Part shown: in pieces, positions 18,807-29,563 of the stretch
How the letters are laid out: each line of letters starts with the position of its first letter
How positions within the stretch are numbered: position 1 is the first letter of the stretch
Assembly: GCA_029880545.1 (NCBI GenBank)
Contig: JAOUOD010000002.1
Location: 200,767-264,766, forward strand
Reading direction: 5' to 3'
DNA from: Gammaproteobacteria bacterium
GTDB lineage: Bacteria > Pseudomonadota > Gammaproteobacteria > Acidiferrobacterales > SZUA-150
DNA length: 64,000 nt
Notes under the pieces: model-generated
Seen by the model: only the letters and a program-made list of their open reading frames with translations
Databases searched by the model: none
What the model was told of the DNA's origin: nothing
Program-made: the position numbers and the translations under genes

Positions 18807-19727
18807 TCAACACGCCTTCCCGTTACTCAACGACAGTATTTTCAACACCAGCTCCCTAAAACCAATTCCGGCCTGTCTCGCGGCCATGGGAACCAGGCTA
18901 TGATCAGTCATGCCCGGAACGGTATTTGCCTCAAGCACATACATCTTTTCATTCTTGTCCATCATTACATCAATTCGACCCCAGCCCTTGCACCCAAGCG
19001 CGTTGTATGCCTGTAAAGCAAGATCTTTCATTTGACTTTCCTGTTCTTCAGTCAAACCGCTGGGGCAGTGATAAAGAGTCGAATCTGCAACATACTTTGC
19101 GTCGTAGTCGTAAAACTCGTTAGGTGTCTCCACCCTGATCACCGGTAATGCTTCGTCACCCAGTATTGCGACCGTATATTCAGGCCCGTCGATAAACCGC
19201 TCGGCGATGACCTGGCTATCAAATTCACGCGCCGCTGCCCAGGCCTGGTTCAGTTCGGTGTCATTGGTGACTTTTGCCATGCCTACACTGGATCCTTCAT
19301 GTGCCGGCTTGATGAACATGGGAAACCCGAGTTTTCCGGCTGCTTCAGCCAGGCCAGACTCATCACTGATTTCTTCAAACTCTGCTGTACTGACCCCTAC
19401 CCCTCGCCACAACCGTTTGCTGCTCAGCTTGTCCATTGCCAGCGCTGATGCCAGCACACCACTTCCTGTGTAAGGCAAACCGGTTACTTCAAGCGCTCCC
19501 TGGATCACTCCGTCCTCGCCCCATCGACCATGCAATATGATGAATGCACGATCAAAATCACGCTGCTTCAGAATTTCCAGCACATCCCTGCCGGCATCAA
19601 TGCCGTGGGCATCGACTCCCGCTTCTTTCAGCGCCTGCAACACGGCTGCACCACTTTTCAGCGATACATCCCGCTCGGCTGAGAGGCCGCCCATCAACAC
19701 CGCTACCCTTCCGAATTGCTCAGTCAT
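18807..19727 (-). CDS. ddl: D-alanine--D-alanine ligase
   Basis: The internal ATG at 19727 (MTEQFGRVAVLMGGLSAEREVS...) fits the Ddl N-terminus and overlaps the murB stop by 8 nt. The protein has an ATP-grasp core. Confidence 0.94.
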   Translation of the reverse strand: MTEQFGRVAVLMGGLSAERDVSLKSGAAVLQALKEAGVDAHGIDAGRDVLEILKQRDFDRAFIILHGRWGEDGVIQGALEVTGLPYTGSGVLASALAMDKLSSKRLWRGVGVSTAEFEEISDESGLAEAAGKLGFPMFIKPAHEGSSVGMAKVTNDTELNQAWAAAREFDSQVIAERFIDGPEYTVAILGDEALPVIRVETPNEFYDYDAKYVADSTLYHCPSGLTEEQESQMKDLALQAYNALGCKGWGRIDVMMDKNEKMYVLEANTVPGMTDHSLVPMAARQAGIGFRELVLKILSLSNGKAC

Positions 19728-20625
19728 CTGCAGGTTCTCCGATGATTCGCACCTCAGGCTCCAGATCAATATCCTGCTCGGCCTTTACGGTATCTCTTAT
19801 GTGCCCAATAAGTGCTTCAACATCAGCAGCACGGGCGTTACCGGTATTGATAATAAAGTTTGCATGTTTGTCCGATACACAGGCCTTGCCGATACAGAAC
19901 CCCTTCAGGCCGCATGCCTCTATCAGGCGCGCCGCATGGTCACCGTCCGGGTTCTTGAAAACAGAACCCGCATTCGGCAACTGGGTGGGCTGTGTATCTC
20001 CTCGACGGGCAAGCAGGTTTCGTATCTCCTCTTTGGCACTACTCGACTCACCCGGTTGCAATCTCAGGTGGGCGGCTACAAACCACTCACCTTCGTGTCC
20101 ACGCACCTTGCGGTAGCCGATTTCATATTCTGATGCGGGCCTTGTCCGTATGTGCCCATGCCTGTCAATGGTTTCTACACTTTCAACAATACGCCAGGTT
20201 TCACCGCCAAATGCTCCAGCATTCATGGCCAAGGCGCCGCCGACAGTACCCGGAATGCCCGCGAGAAATTCGGCGCCGACAAGGTGGTGGTTGGCGCAAA
20301 ACCGCGCTACTTTCGCTCCAGCCACTCCGGATTCGGCACGCACGAGACTGCTCTCTATAACTGACAACTCGTTAAGCATTCCACTCAGGGCGATAACTGT
20401 TCCCCTGATTCCACCATCACGCACCAACAGGTTGCTGCCCAAACCAATCCAGCTCAACGACTCCGATTCCGGCAGGCTGGCGAGAAAGGTAACCAGGTCA
20501 TCAAGGTCAGCCGGCTGGTAGTATTTGTCAGCCGGTCCACCAATGCGCCAACTGGTGTGGCGCGTCATGGGTTCCGCCATTTTCATGCGACCTCGCAGCT
20601 GTGATGCCTGCTTTGCCATAATCAT
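19720..20625 (-). CDS. murB: UDP-N-acetylenolpyruvoylglucosamine reductase MurB
   Basis: 301 aa with an FAD-binding PCMH-type N-terminal region (TSWRIGGPAD, GLGSNLLVRDGG). The start forms an ATGA overlap with the murC stop. Confidence 0.93.
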   Translation of the reverse strand: MIMAKQASQLRGRMKMAEPMTRHTSWRIGGPADKYYQPADLDDLVTFLASLPESESLSWIGLGSNLLVRDGGIRGTVIALSGMLNELSVIESSLVRAESGVAGAKVARFCANHHLVGAEFLAGIPGTVGGALAMNAGAFGGETWRIVESVETIDRHGHIRTRPASEYEIGYRKVRGHEGEWFVAAHLRLQPGESSSAKEEIRNLLARRGDTQPTQLPNAGSVFKNPDGDHAARLIEACGLKGFCIGKACVSDKHANFIINTGNARAADVEALIGHIRDTVKAEQDIDLEPEVRIIGEPADD

Positions 20626-22025
20626 CCGACCTCTGCTCCGTTCAGCTTCCCGGACAGCTCGGCAGCCACCTGGCCGATACTTCCTGCGCCCATGGTCAAT
20701 ACCAGGTCCCCATCCTGAAGCAGGTTTACGAGCACATCAGATAACTGTTCGACATCGTCAACAAATACCGGGTCTGCCTGGCCGCGAGCCCTGATCGCAC
20801 GACACAATGCACGTCCGTCTGCACCGCTTTGCGGCTTCTCACCGGCAGCATAAACCTCGGTGATTACCAGGCTGGTTTCTTCTGCCAGCACCGCACTGAA
20901 GTCGTCCATCAGGTCGTGTGTTCTTGAGTAACGATGGGGCTGGAACACGGTTACAAGTCGACGCTCCTGCCAGCCTTGCCTTACAGCCTCCAGCGTCGCC
21001 CGGATTTCAGTAGGATGGTGTGCATAGTCATCAATAAACAGCACATTCTTTCCGTCTATTTCATACTCACCATTGATTTGCAGGCGTCTTCCGATGCCTG
21101 CAAATTCCTGTAAAGCCTTCTGTATCGCAACAGGTGCAACACCCAGGACATCGGCTACGGCAATGGCAGCAGTTGCATTCAGGATGTTATGCGTGCCTGG
21201 CTGGTTGATTGTGAAATTCGACCAAGCATCATTACCGGGCTTGCTTATCACAAAATGACTGCTGCGCCCGTCTCTACGAATATCCGAGATCCGGTAGTCG
21301 GCCCCCTCGGTCTCGCCATAAGTCAGAACAGGCTTGTGAATCCTGGGCAGCAACTCCCTGACAACGGTGTCGTCGTAACACAAAACCGCCATTCCGTAAA
21401 AAGGCAGGTTATGGAGAAACGCCACGAAAGTTTGTTTCAGTTTTTCAAAATCACCCTCGTAGGTGCTCATGTGATCCGCATCAACATTGGTGACCACGGC
21501 CATTAACGGGTGCAGATGAATAAAAGATGCGTCGCTCTCATCGGCCTCGGCCACGAGGTAGTCGCCCTTTCCGAGACGCGCGTTGGTACCGGCACTGTTC
21601 AGGCGCCCGCCGATCACAAACGTGGGGTCCAGGCCACCCTCGGCAAGAATGCTTGCCACAAGACTTGTAGTGCTGGTTTTGCCATGCGTACCGGCAATGG
21701 CAATTCCGCGCTGCAACTGCATTAGTTCACCCAGCATTTCTGCTCTGGGTATCACCGGTATATTGAGTGCGATGGCCTCCGCAACCTCGGGATTACTTGT
21801 ATCAATCGCCGACGATACGACAACAACATCAACACCATGCACAAGGCCCGCATCGTGACCAATGTTAATGGCCGCTCCCAACCCGGAGAGACGACTCGTA
21901 TTGGCGCTGGCACGCAAGTCTGATCCGCTGACGCTGAATCCCAGGTTACATAACACCTCAGCGATACCACACATGCCGACACCGCCTATACCGACAAAAT
22001 GCACCTTGTTGACCCAGCTACGCAT
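20622..22025 (-). CDS. murC: UDP-N-acetylmuramate--L-alanine ligase MurC
   Basis: Contains VHFVGIGGVGMCGIAEVL and the Mur ligase P-loop GTHGKTST. I prefer the ATG at 22025 (GAGGTG 5 nt upstream). The ORF-track start is 22040. Confidence 0.95.
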   Translation of the reverse strand: MRSWVNKVHFVGIGGVGMCGIAEVLCNLGFSVSGSDLRASANTSRLSGLGAAINIGHDAGLVHGVDVVVVSSAIDTSNPEVAEAIALNIPVIPRAEMLGELMQLQRGIAIAGTHGKTSTTSLVASILAEGGLDPTFVIGGRLNSAGTNARLGKGDYLVAEADESDASFIHLHPLMAVVTNVDADHMSTYEGDFEKLKQTFVAFLHNLPFYGMAVLCYDDTVVRELLPRIHKPVLTYGETEGADYRISDIRRDGRSSHFVISKPGNDAWSNFTINQPGTHNILNATAAIAVADVLGVAPVAIQKALQEFAGIGRRLQINGEYEIDGKNVLFIDDYAHHPTEIRATLEAVRQGWQERRLVTVFQPHRYSRTHDLMDDFSAVLAEETSLVITEVYAAGEKPQSGADGRALCRAIRARGQADPVFVDDVEQLSDVLVNLLQDGDLVLTMGAGSIGQVAAELSGKLNGAEVG

Positions 22026-23109
22026 GAACCACCTCTTCACAAATTCCGGCTACCGTATCCACCGCATCGGTTACGGCCTGTGTTCGTGCCGCCTTCGCCA
22101 TATTCAGCAAGACGCCACGATTTGCATCAAGCTCGGCCAGATTTCTGCTCAGCCGTTCCACGGTAAGCTCTTTCTCCTGCACAAGGATTGCCGCCTCATT
22201 TCGTACCAGGTACTCGGCGTTGGCCGTCTGGTGATCGTCAACCGCGTAAGGGTACGGCACCAACAGCGATGCGACTCCGCCTGCTGCCAGTTCGGCAACC
22301 GTCATGGCCCCGGCACGACAAATCACCAGGTCTGCCCAGCTGTAGGCTTCAGCCATGTCTTCGATGAATGCGGACAGCTCAACACTGGTTATGTTGGCGT
22401 CGTGGTAGGACTTGCGCGCCTCATCCAGCCAACGCGCGCCGCATTGATGCCAGATCTCAGGACGCTTGTCCGGCTCCATTGCAGCAATTGCCTGCGGCAC
22501 AATTCGGTTCAGCGCCCGTGCTCCCTGGCTGCCACCAATAATCAACAACCTCATCCGGCCCTGGTGCTGGGCATAACGCGTATCCGGATCACTCATAGCC
22601 GCAATTTCCCTGCGCACCGGGTTACCTACATGGCGCGTGCCCGGATGTTCGGCCAACACTCCGGGAAAGCCTGTCATTACTTTTCTGGCGACAACGGACA
22701 ATACCCGGTTTGTCAGGCCTGGCACGGCATTTTGCTCATGCACGAGCACGGGTATTCGCATAATCCAGGCTGCTATGGCACCGGGGCCGGATGCAAACCC
22801 ACCCATTGCCAATACAAGTTGTGGTCTGTGTTGCGACAAAATCACGAACGACTGGATCACTGCGCTTCCCAGGCGAAACGGCAACAACACCCAGCGCGCA
22901 ACTCCACCACCCCTTACTGATTTGATTCGGATGGCATGCAAAACAAACTTGTTGCGCGGGACAACTGCGGCCTCCAGCCCGGCCTCGGTTCCCATCCATT
23001 CAACCACAACACCCCGGTCGCGCAGGTAACGAGCCACCGCAAGGCCCGGGAACACGTGGCCACCGGTTCCGCCAGCAAGGATCATTATGCGTTTCAGTTC
23101 ATGGGTCAT
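22018..23109 (-). CDS. murG: Undecaprenyldiphospho-muramoylpentapeptide beta-N-acetylglucosaminyltransferase MurG
   Basis: 363 aa with the N-terminal motif ILAGGTGGHVFPGLAVA. The start forms an ATGA overlap with the ftsW stop. Confidence 0.96.
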   Translation of the reverse strand: MTHELKRIMILAGGTGGHVFPGLAVARYLRDRGVVVEWMGTEAGLEAAVVPRNKFVLHAIRIKSVRGGGVARWVLLPFRLGSAVIQSFVILSQHRPQLVLAMGGFASGPGAIAAWIMRIPVLVHEQNAVPGLTNRVLSVVARKVMTGFPGVLAEHPGTRHVGNPVRREIAAMSDPDTRYAQHQGRMRLLIIGGSQGARALNRIVPQAIAAMEPDKRPEIWHQCGARWLDEARKSYHDANITSVELSAFIEDMAEAYSWADLVICRAGAMTVAELAAGGVASLLVPYPYAVDDHQTANAEYLVRNEAAILVQEKELTVERLSRNLAELDANRGVLLNMAKAARTQAVTDAVDTVAGICEEVVHA

Positions 23110-24269
23110 GATGCTATCCGGTTCTCACGATCAACCATCAGAATCATACCGACGGCAAGACAACTCACAATCATGCTGCTGCCGCCATAACTCATCAGTG
23201 GCAAAGTCAGTCCCTTCGTAGGCAGCATCCCCATATTCACGCCCATGTTTATTGCTGCCTGCCAGCCGAGCAACAACGACATACCCTGGACTAGTCTTGT
23301 TGAGTACAGATCGCCACGTTGTTCGGCCAGCCTGGCTATATGAAACCCGCGAAACACAAGCACAACAAACAGGCCGATTACAAAAAGGATTCCGGAAAAA
23401 CCGAGCTCTTCCGCCAACACAGCCAACAGAAAATCAGTATGCGCCGCCGGCAGGTATGCAAGCTTCTGGATGCTTGCACCCAGCCCGACACCGAACCATT
23501 CACCACGGCCAAACGCAATCAACGCCTGTACCAACTGGAACCCGGAATCAAACGGGTCTGCCCAGGGATCGAGAAAACCGGTAACGCGCTCCATGCGGTA
23601 AGGTGACAACCAGGTAAGAAGTGCCATTGACCCTGCGCCCGTCAACACAACGATCATGAAATGCAGAAAACGCACGCCGGCCAGGTACAACATGGTCATC
23701 ACTGTTATCGACAACACAACCACGGTGCCGAGATCCGGCTCAAGCAGGAGCAAGGTACCAACTAGACCAAGCACCATTGACATGATGACAATTCCCGGCA
23801 CGAACAATCCCAGGTCTTCCTTCTTGCGAACGACATAACCGGCAACATAAATAATCATGAACAGCTTCATGAATTCACTCGGCTGCACCCGCATCAATCC
23901 AAGATTCAGCCAACGTACGGAACCATTTACCTTGGCCCCTATTCCGGGCAGCAACACCAGGATCAGCAAGATGATTCCGGTTACCAGCAACACCGGGCTT
24001 ATGCGCATCAATATCCCTGACCGGACACGACTCACTACAAACATCAGCGACAGGCCCATGAGTACGTGAATACTGTGGCGCAGCGTAAACTGGTATGTCG
24101 AACCAGCGGCGGCATCGGTTACCGACAAGGAAGCAGAAAACACCATGAGCCATCCAAGCATGATCAGCGACATGACAGAGGTAATGAAGGCCGGGTCCGC
24201 GGCAATACCGGGCTTTCGCAAACTCTTTGTTGCGCCCGGCAATGCACTGGTCACGGCATGGATCATCAT
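23106..24269 (-). CDS. ftsW: Peptidoglycan glycosyltransferase / lipid II flippase-type SEDS protein FtsW
   Basis: Polytopic SEDS protein (LPTKGLTLPLMSYGGSS). The ATG at 24269 forms an ATGA overlap with the murD stop. The ORF-track start is 24305. Confidence 0.93.
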   Translation of the reverse strand: MMIHAVTSALPGATKSLRKPGIAADPAFITSVMSLIMLGWLMVFSASLSVTDAAAGSTYQFTLRHSIHVLMGLSLMFVVSRVRSGILMRISPVLLVTGIILLILVLLPGIGAKVNGSVRWLNLGLMRVQPSEFMKLFMIIYVAGYVVRKKEDLGLFVPGIVIMSMVLGLVGTLLLLEPDLGTVVVLSITVMTMLYLAGVRFLHFMIVVLTGAGSMALLTWLSPYRMERVTGFLDPWADPFDSGFQLVQALIAFGRGEWFGVGLGASIQKLAYLPAAHTDFLLAVLAEELGFSGILFVIGLFVVLVFRGFHIARLAEQRGDLYSTRLVQGMSLLLGWQAAINMGVNMGMLPTKGLTLPLMSYGGSSMIVSCLAVGMILMVDRENRIAS

Positions 24270-25612
24270 CCGGCTGCTCCTTGGCCCAGGTAGGCCCTGA
24301 CACACTCACCAAATACATCGCCTCGATGTTCGAAGTTCCTGAACATGTCAAAACTTGCACACGCCGGTGACAACAACACATAATCACCCGCTTCTGCATT
24401 GTCACCTGCGATCTGGACAGCCTGCTCCATTGAATCGGCTGTGACTGACGCTACAGATCCAGGTACGGCATCGCGGATAATTTGCGCATCGCGCCCGATC
24501 AAGACAAGCAGCTTGACCCGGCCGGGCATGGCAACACCAAACGGCCGGAAGTCCGCATCCTTTCCTTCGCCACCGGCAATCAGAATTACCGGCCCGCTCA
24601 ATCCCTGCAAAGCTGCGATTGCAGCACCAACATTGGTCGCCTTGGAGTCATTGATCCACTTCACGCCACCGGATTCGGCCACCAGTTCAGATCGATGACG
24701 CAAGCCGGTAAACGACTTCAATACGGTCCGAACCACGTCAACGGGAATGGCAAATGGTTCAACAAGAGACAGGGCTGCCATCACATTGGTCATATTGTGA
24801 TTGCCCACCAGGCCTATATCCGCGATTCTGGCTACTTGCTCATTACCCCTGACGATCCATTCAGACGATTCGTCAATACCGTAATCCTCAGCTCGTCGCG
24901 GCCGGTCAAACCCGAACGACCGCGCACCGGCATACCCAACAGCCATTGCCGCTACAACAGAATCTTCGCGGTTATAAACCACGTGACCGCATTGACGATA
25001 TATAATCGCCTTGCTGTCGGCATAATCATCAAGATCGTTGTAACGATCCATGTGGTCTTCGCTGATATTCAGCACTACGGCACTGGCAGCTGCCAGGCTG
25101 GCTGTCGTTTCAAGCTGAAAACTCGACAGCTCCAGGACATAGACATCAGCCTCAGGCTCATCAAGCATTTCCAGCACCGGTCGACCGATATTTCCACCAA
25201 CCGGCGCATTCATCCCGGCACCCCGACATAATTCACCGACCAGGCTGGTAACAGTGCTCTTGCCGTTGGATCCGGTTATCGCAATTACCGGCGCCTTGAC
25301 CTCACGCGCAAACAGTTCGATATCGCCGACAATATCTGCACCTCTTGCACGGGCTTGCTCGATAACTGGCTGCCTGATGCTTACACCGGGACTGACCACG
25401 AGCATGTCAGCAGCGTCAAACCATTCAGTCCTGAATTCACCGCCGCGGAATTCCACATCCGCGTATTCCTGTTTCAACCTGGCCAGCGCTGGTGGCAACT
25501 CGCGACTGTCAACAACGCTGACTGAATAGCCACGCGCGTGCAGGTAGCGTACACAGGACAACCCGGTTGCACCCAGCCCTACTACCACCGCATTCCTGTT
25601 GTTGTCAGTCAT
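24266..25612 (-). CDS. murD: UDP-N-acetylmuramoylalanine--D-glutamate ligase MurD
   Basis: The N-terminus MTDNNRNAVVVGLGATGLSCVRYL aligns with the MurD N-terminus, and the P-loop GSNGKST is present. An alternative ATG lies at 25633. Confidence 0.94.
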   Translation of the reverse strand: MTDNNRNAVVVGLGATGLSCVRYLHARGYSVSVVDSRELPPALARLKQEYADVEFRGGEFRTEWFDAADMLVVSPGVSIRQPVIEQARARGADIVGDIELFAREVKAPVIAITGSNGKSTVTSLVGELCRGAGMNAPVGGNIGRPVLEMLDEPEADVYVLELSSFQLETTASLAAASAVVLNISEDHMDRYNDLDDYADSKAIIYRQCGHVVYNREDSVVAAMAVGYAGARSFGFDRPRRAEDYGIDESSEWIVRGNEQVARIADIGLVGNHNMTNVMAALSLVEPFAIPVDVVRTVLKSFTGLRHRSELVAESGGVKWINDSKATNVGAAIAALQGLSGPVILIAGGEGKDADFRPFGVAMPGRVKLLVLIGRDAQIIRDAVPGSVASVTADSMEQAVQIAGDNAEAGDYVLLSPACASFDMFRNFEHRGDVFGECVRAYLGQGAAG

Positions 25613-25642
25613 TGCATATTCCCGCGATAACATGTTTTCGTA

Positions 25643-26725
25643 TTACCGAATCTTCAGCGTTGCCAGCCCGGCCAACACAAGCATGAAGGTAATGATCCAG
25701 AATCGAACAATTACCCTCGGCTCCGGCCAGCCCTTTAGTTCGAAATGATGATGCAAAGGCGCCATGCGAAAAACGCGCTTGCCAATAAGCTTGAACGACG
25801 CCACCTGTATGATTACCGATATCGTCTCCATGACAAACACACCGCCCATGATGAACAGGACCAGCTCCTGCCTCACGACTACCGCTACAACACCCAAGGC
25901 TGCGCCAAGAGCCAATGCTCCGATGTCGCCCATGAATACCATCGCCGGGTAAGTGTTGAACCAGAGAAACCCAAGCCCGGCACCGATAATCGCCGCGCAA
26001 AAAACCAGGACTTCACCAGAGCCCGCGATATAGGGTATGGAAAGGTATTCGGCAAATTTGATGTTTCCGGTTACGTAGGCAAATATTGCGAGGCCTGCCG
26101 CAACCATCACCGTAGGAAGTATTGCCAGTCCGTCCAGGCCATCTGTCAGGTTCACGGCATTACTCGACCCTACGATTACCAGGTAGGTAAACAGAACGAA
26201 AAATGGCCCGAGATCCAGTGCGATATTCTTGAAAAATGGAACGATAAGCTGGGTTTCCGCCGGTACTTTTGCCATGTAATACAATGCCAGTGCTGCACCG
26301 ACACCAAATACTGTTTGCCAGAAATACTTGTTCCGGGCGCCAATTCCCCGCGGGTCCTTGTTAACCAGCTTCTTGTAGTCATCAACCCAACCGATCACGC
26401 CAAATGCCATTGTTGTCAGCAGCACGATCCAGACAAAACGATTGGTCAAGTCCGCCCACAGCAACGTGGAAATACCGATGGAGACCAGGATCAACGCGCC
26501 ACCCATGGTTGGCGTCCCAGCCTTCTTCAGGTGCGTTTCCGGGCCATCATCACGGACTGTCTGCCCGATCTGGTAATGACTCAGCCACCGGATCATTGAC
26601 GGGCCAATTACCAGCGTTATTGTCAAGGCCGTGATAACACCAAGAATGCCGCGCATGGTCAGGTAACGAAAGACATTGAAAAAGCTTATGTCTTCCGCCA
26701 GAACGTCAAAAAGATAGTAGAGCAC
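25643..26725 (-). CDS. mraY: Phospho-N-acetylmuramoyl-pentapeptide transferase MraY
   Basis: 360 aa, a polytopic protein with MraY motifs ([31 protein letters not shown]). Confidence 0.97.
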   Translation of the reverse strand: MLYYLFDVLAEDISFFNVFRYLTMRGILGVITALTITLVIGPSMIRWLSHYQIGQTVRDDGPETHLKKAGTPTMGGALILVSIGISTLLWADLTNRFVWIVLLTTMAFGVIGWVDDYKKLVNKDPRGIGARNKYFWQTVFGVGAALALYYMAKVPAETQLIVPFFKNIALDLGPFFVLFTYLVIVGSSNAVNLTDGLDGLAILPTVMVAAGLAIFAYVTGNIKFAEYLSIPYIAGSGEVLVFCAAIIGAGLGFLWFNTYPAMVFMGDIGALALGAALGVVAVVVRQELVLFIMGGVFVMETISVIIQVASFKLIGKRVFRMAPLHHHFELKGWPEPRVIVRFWIITFMLVLAGLATLKIR

Positions 26726-26735
26726 GTCGCTCCTC

Positions 26736-28079
26736 CTAACTCTTGTTCACGTTTGTAATACCGGAAACCACTGTTTCCATTTTCATCAACCTTGAGCCCT
26801 TTACCAGCACAGTTGCATCCGAATGCAGGCAATCAATCAAATCCTCAACCAGGCTGTCTGCATCCTGGTAATGTCTCGCTGACGCGCCGTAGCCGGCGGC
26901 AGCGTGTTGCGCAAGATTACCGATAACAAACAGGCGGCTAACACCTACACGCTTTGCCAGTTCGCCAACACGCCGATGTATCATCGGGCCGGCATCACCC
27001 AGTTCACCCATGTCGCCCAGAACAAGAATGGTTTCACCGCCGGTATTCTTCAGAACTTCGAGTCCTGCGGATACTGATGCAGGGTTGGCGTTATAGGTGT
27101 CATCAATCACCCTGGCGCCGTTGATTCCCTGCTTCGTTTCCAGGCGACCGGAAACCGCGCGCAGTTTCTCGAGACCGGCCCGTACATCTTCCAGTGTTGC
27201 CCCGGCTGCAATAGATGCAGCACTGGCTGCCATTGCATTCAATACATTGTGTTTACCCAGTATGGACAAGCGCATATCGATTTTCCCCTGGTTGGTTATC
27301 AAGTGAATGTCACTGCAGTCACCATGCAGTTTGTACTCACAACGAACATCAGCCTCGTACTCAAGACCGAAACTCACAATTGGACGCCCTTCTGCCATTT
27401 CCACCCATAACCCGGCATAGGTATCGTCTGCATTAATAATTGCCACTCCATCCCTGGGCAGCCCGGAAAGGATTTCACCCTTGGCGTGAGCCACGGCCTC
27501 AACCGAACCCAGTCCTTCCAGGTGAGCTTCCGCAGCGTTTGTAATAACTGCGATATTCGGCTTCGCCATTGTCGTCAGGTAATAGATCTCACCGGTATGG
27601 TTCATACCCATTTCGATGACGGCATACTGGTCATGTTCCCGCATTCTTAACAGTGTCAACGGGACCCCTAGGTCATTGTTCAGGTTTCCCCTGGTGGACA
27701 GGCCCGTGTGACGAATACCCATGATGGACGCGATCATTTCCTTAACCGTGGTCTTGCCATTGCTCCCGGTAACACCTATGACCGGGTACGCAAACCGGGT
27801 ACGCCACTCCGCGCCAAGATCACCAAGCGCAATACGGGTATCCTCTACCTCAATAAGTGGCGCATTCACCTCCAGCGCACGGCTTACAACGGCAGCCGTC
27901 GCCCCCGCATTCAATGCCCCGGTAACAAAGTTGTGCCCGTCAAATCGAGGCCCCTTCACGGCAAAATAAACGTCACCTGGCGACAATGTCCTTGTATCAA
28001 TACTGACGCCCGTGAACTCCCCGTCCGCTCCGGACAGTGTTCCATTCATGGCTTTGGCAGCAGCTGACAAGGTCATCAC
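26736..28079 (-). CDS. murF: UDP-N-acetylmuramoyl-tripeptide--D-alanyl-D-alanine ligase MurF
   Basis: 447 aa, a Mur ligase ([10 protein letters not shown]). It sits at the dcw position between murE and mraY. The start forms an ATGA overlap with the murE stop. Confidence 0.95.
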   Translation of the reverse strand: MMTLSAAAKAMNGTLSGADGEFTGVSIDTRTLSPGDVYFAVKGPRFDGHNFVTGALNAGATAAVVSRALEVNAPLIEVEDTRIALGDLGAEWRTRFAYPVIGVTGSNGKTTVKEMIASIMGIRHTGLSTRGNLNNDLGVPLTLLRMREHDQYAVIEMGMNHTGEIYYLTTMAKPNIAVITNAAEAHLEGLGSVEAVAHAKGEILSGLPRDGVAIINADDTYAGLWVEMAEGRPIVSFGLEYEADVRCEYKLHGDCSDIHLITNQGKIDMRLSILGKHNVLNAMAASAASIAAGATLEDVRAGLEKLRAVSGRLETKQGINGARVIDDTYNANPASVSAGLEVLKNTGGETILVLGDMGELGDAGPMIHRRVGELAKRVGVSRLFVIGNLAQHAAAGYGASARHYQDADSLVEDLIDCLHSDATVLVKGSRLMKMETVVSGITNVNKS

Positions 28080-29563
28080 ACCGCCACCTCCAGCAACCGC
28101 TCCACGGTTTCCCGATCACTGTAAAAGTTTCGTTCGCCAGCTACTTCCTGGTAGGTTTCGTGCCCCTTGCCTGCAACCAGTACGATGTCGCCAGGGTTAG
28201 CGGCAGAGATGGCTGTACTGATTGCCTGTTCACGGGGCTGAATCACTTCGGCTTGTCCACTGAGGCCGGCGAGTATGTCTTCAATAATACTCTTGGCGTT
28301 TTCAAATCGAGGATTGTCATCAGTCAACACAACCCGGTCAGCTACGCGGCCCGCAATTTCTCCCATCAAGGGTCGCTTGCCCTTGTCACGATCACCGCCA
28401 CAACCGAAAACACACCACACCTCTCCAGAGACATGTTCACGCAGTGCCTGCAATGCTTTTTCAAGTGCATCCGGCGTATGCGCGTAATCGACAACAACAA
28501 CCGGTGAATCCGGTCCATGGAAGATTTCCATACGCCCGGCTGCCGGCTTGAGTGCAGACAATACCGCGGGCAAGGATGACAATGGCCTGCCAATACACAA
28601 AAGAATTGCCACAACCGCCAGTACATTCGACGCATTGAAACGTCCCAGCATATTGCAGGATACGTCGATCTCGTCGTCGCCATGGCCAATGGTCATGTCA
28701 AACCCGTCTTTGCGGACACGGTAATGACGAACGCAAACACGGGCATGATCAAATCCATAGGTCAGCAATTGTTCCGGATGATTATGATCCCGCGCCAGGA
28801 AAGCCTGGGCTATTTGCTCACTAAATTCGTCTTCCTCGTTGACGATGGCACAATCCAGTTCCGGGTAGTGGAACAGGCTCTGCTTGGCGCGCCCGTAACG
28901 CTCCATGCTGCCGTGGTAATCGAGATGATCTCTACTGAGATTGGTGAACACGGCAATATCAAAATCGACTGCGCTGACACGACCCTGGTCGAGCGCATGT
29001 GACGACACTTCCATACACACATGACTGCAGCCATCATCCCGAAACTTCGCGAGCACCCTGTGAACACTGATCACGTCCGGAGTGGTGTGGCCGCTGTCTT
29101 CAAGATTACCGGGATAACCGATTCCCATTGTACCGATCAATCCGCAACGCTCTCCACAGTTATTCAACGCCTGGGATGTCAAATAGGTACAGGTTGTTTT
29201 GCCATTGGTTCCGGTAACACCAATGATTTTCATGTCCCGTGAAGGTGAGCGATAGAACCTGTCTGCCAGCATACCCAGCTGGTCTCGCAGCTGCCGCACA
29301 ACAACTACCGGCATGTCTTTCAATTCTGGCCGCTCTTCTTCAGTCAGAACGGCAACGGCACCGCGCTCAAGCGCGGTTTCGATATAGTCGTGACCGTCAG
29401 TCGCCATGCCCTTTATCGCGACGAATAAATAGCCTGGTTCAACGCGGCGACTGTCCATTGTCATCCCGCAGAACCCTACATCGACAAAGGCGCTGACCAC
29501 GTCAACGCCATGTAACAACTCGGACAATCTGGAATAATAGACCTGATGGCTCGGGGTCGTCAT
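28076..29563 (-). CDS. murE: UDP-N-acetylmuramoyl-L-alanyl-D-glutamate--2,6-diaminopimelate ligase MurE
   Basis: 495 aa with the motifs GVTGTNGKTT and DNPR (LTDDNPRFE), the latter typical of mDAP-adding MurE. The start forms an ATGA overlap with the ftsI stop. Confidence 0.95.
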   Translation of the reverse strand: MTTPSHQVYYSRLSELLHGVDVVSAFVDVGFCGMTMDSRRVEPGYLFVAIKGMATDGHDYIETALERGAVAVLTEEERPELKDMPVVVVRQLRDQLGMLADRFYRSPSRDMKIIGVTGTNGKTTCTYLTSQALNNCGERCGLIGTMGIGYPGNLEDSGHTTPDVISVHRVLAKFRDDGCSHVCMEVSSHALDQGRVSAVDFDIAVFTNLSRDHLDYHGSMERYGRAKQSLFHYPELDCAIVNEEDEFSEQIAQAFLARDHNHPEQLLTYGFDHARVCVRHYRVRKDGFDMTIGHGDDEIDVSCNMLGRFNASNVLAVVAILLCIGRPLSSLPAVLSALKPAAGRMEIFHGPDSPVVVVDYAHTPDALEKALQALREHVSGEVWCVFGCGGDRDKGKRPLMGEIAGRVADRVVLTDDNPRFENAKSIIEDILAGLSGQAEVIQPREQAISTAISAANPGDIVLVAGKGHETYQEVAGERNFYSDRETVERLLEVAV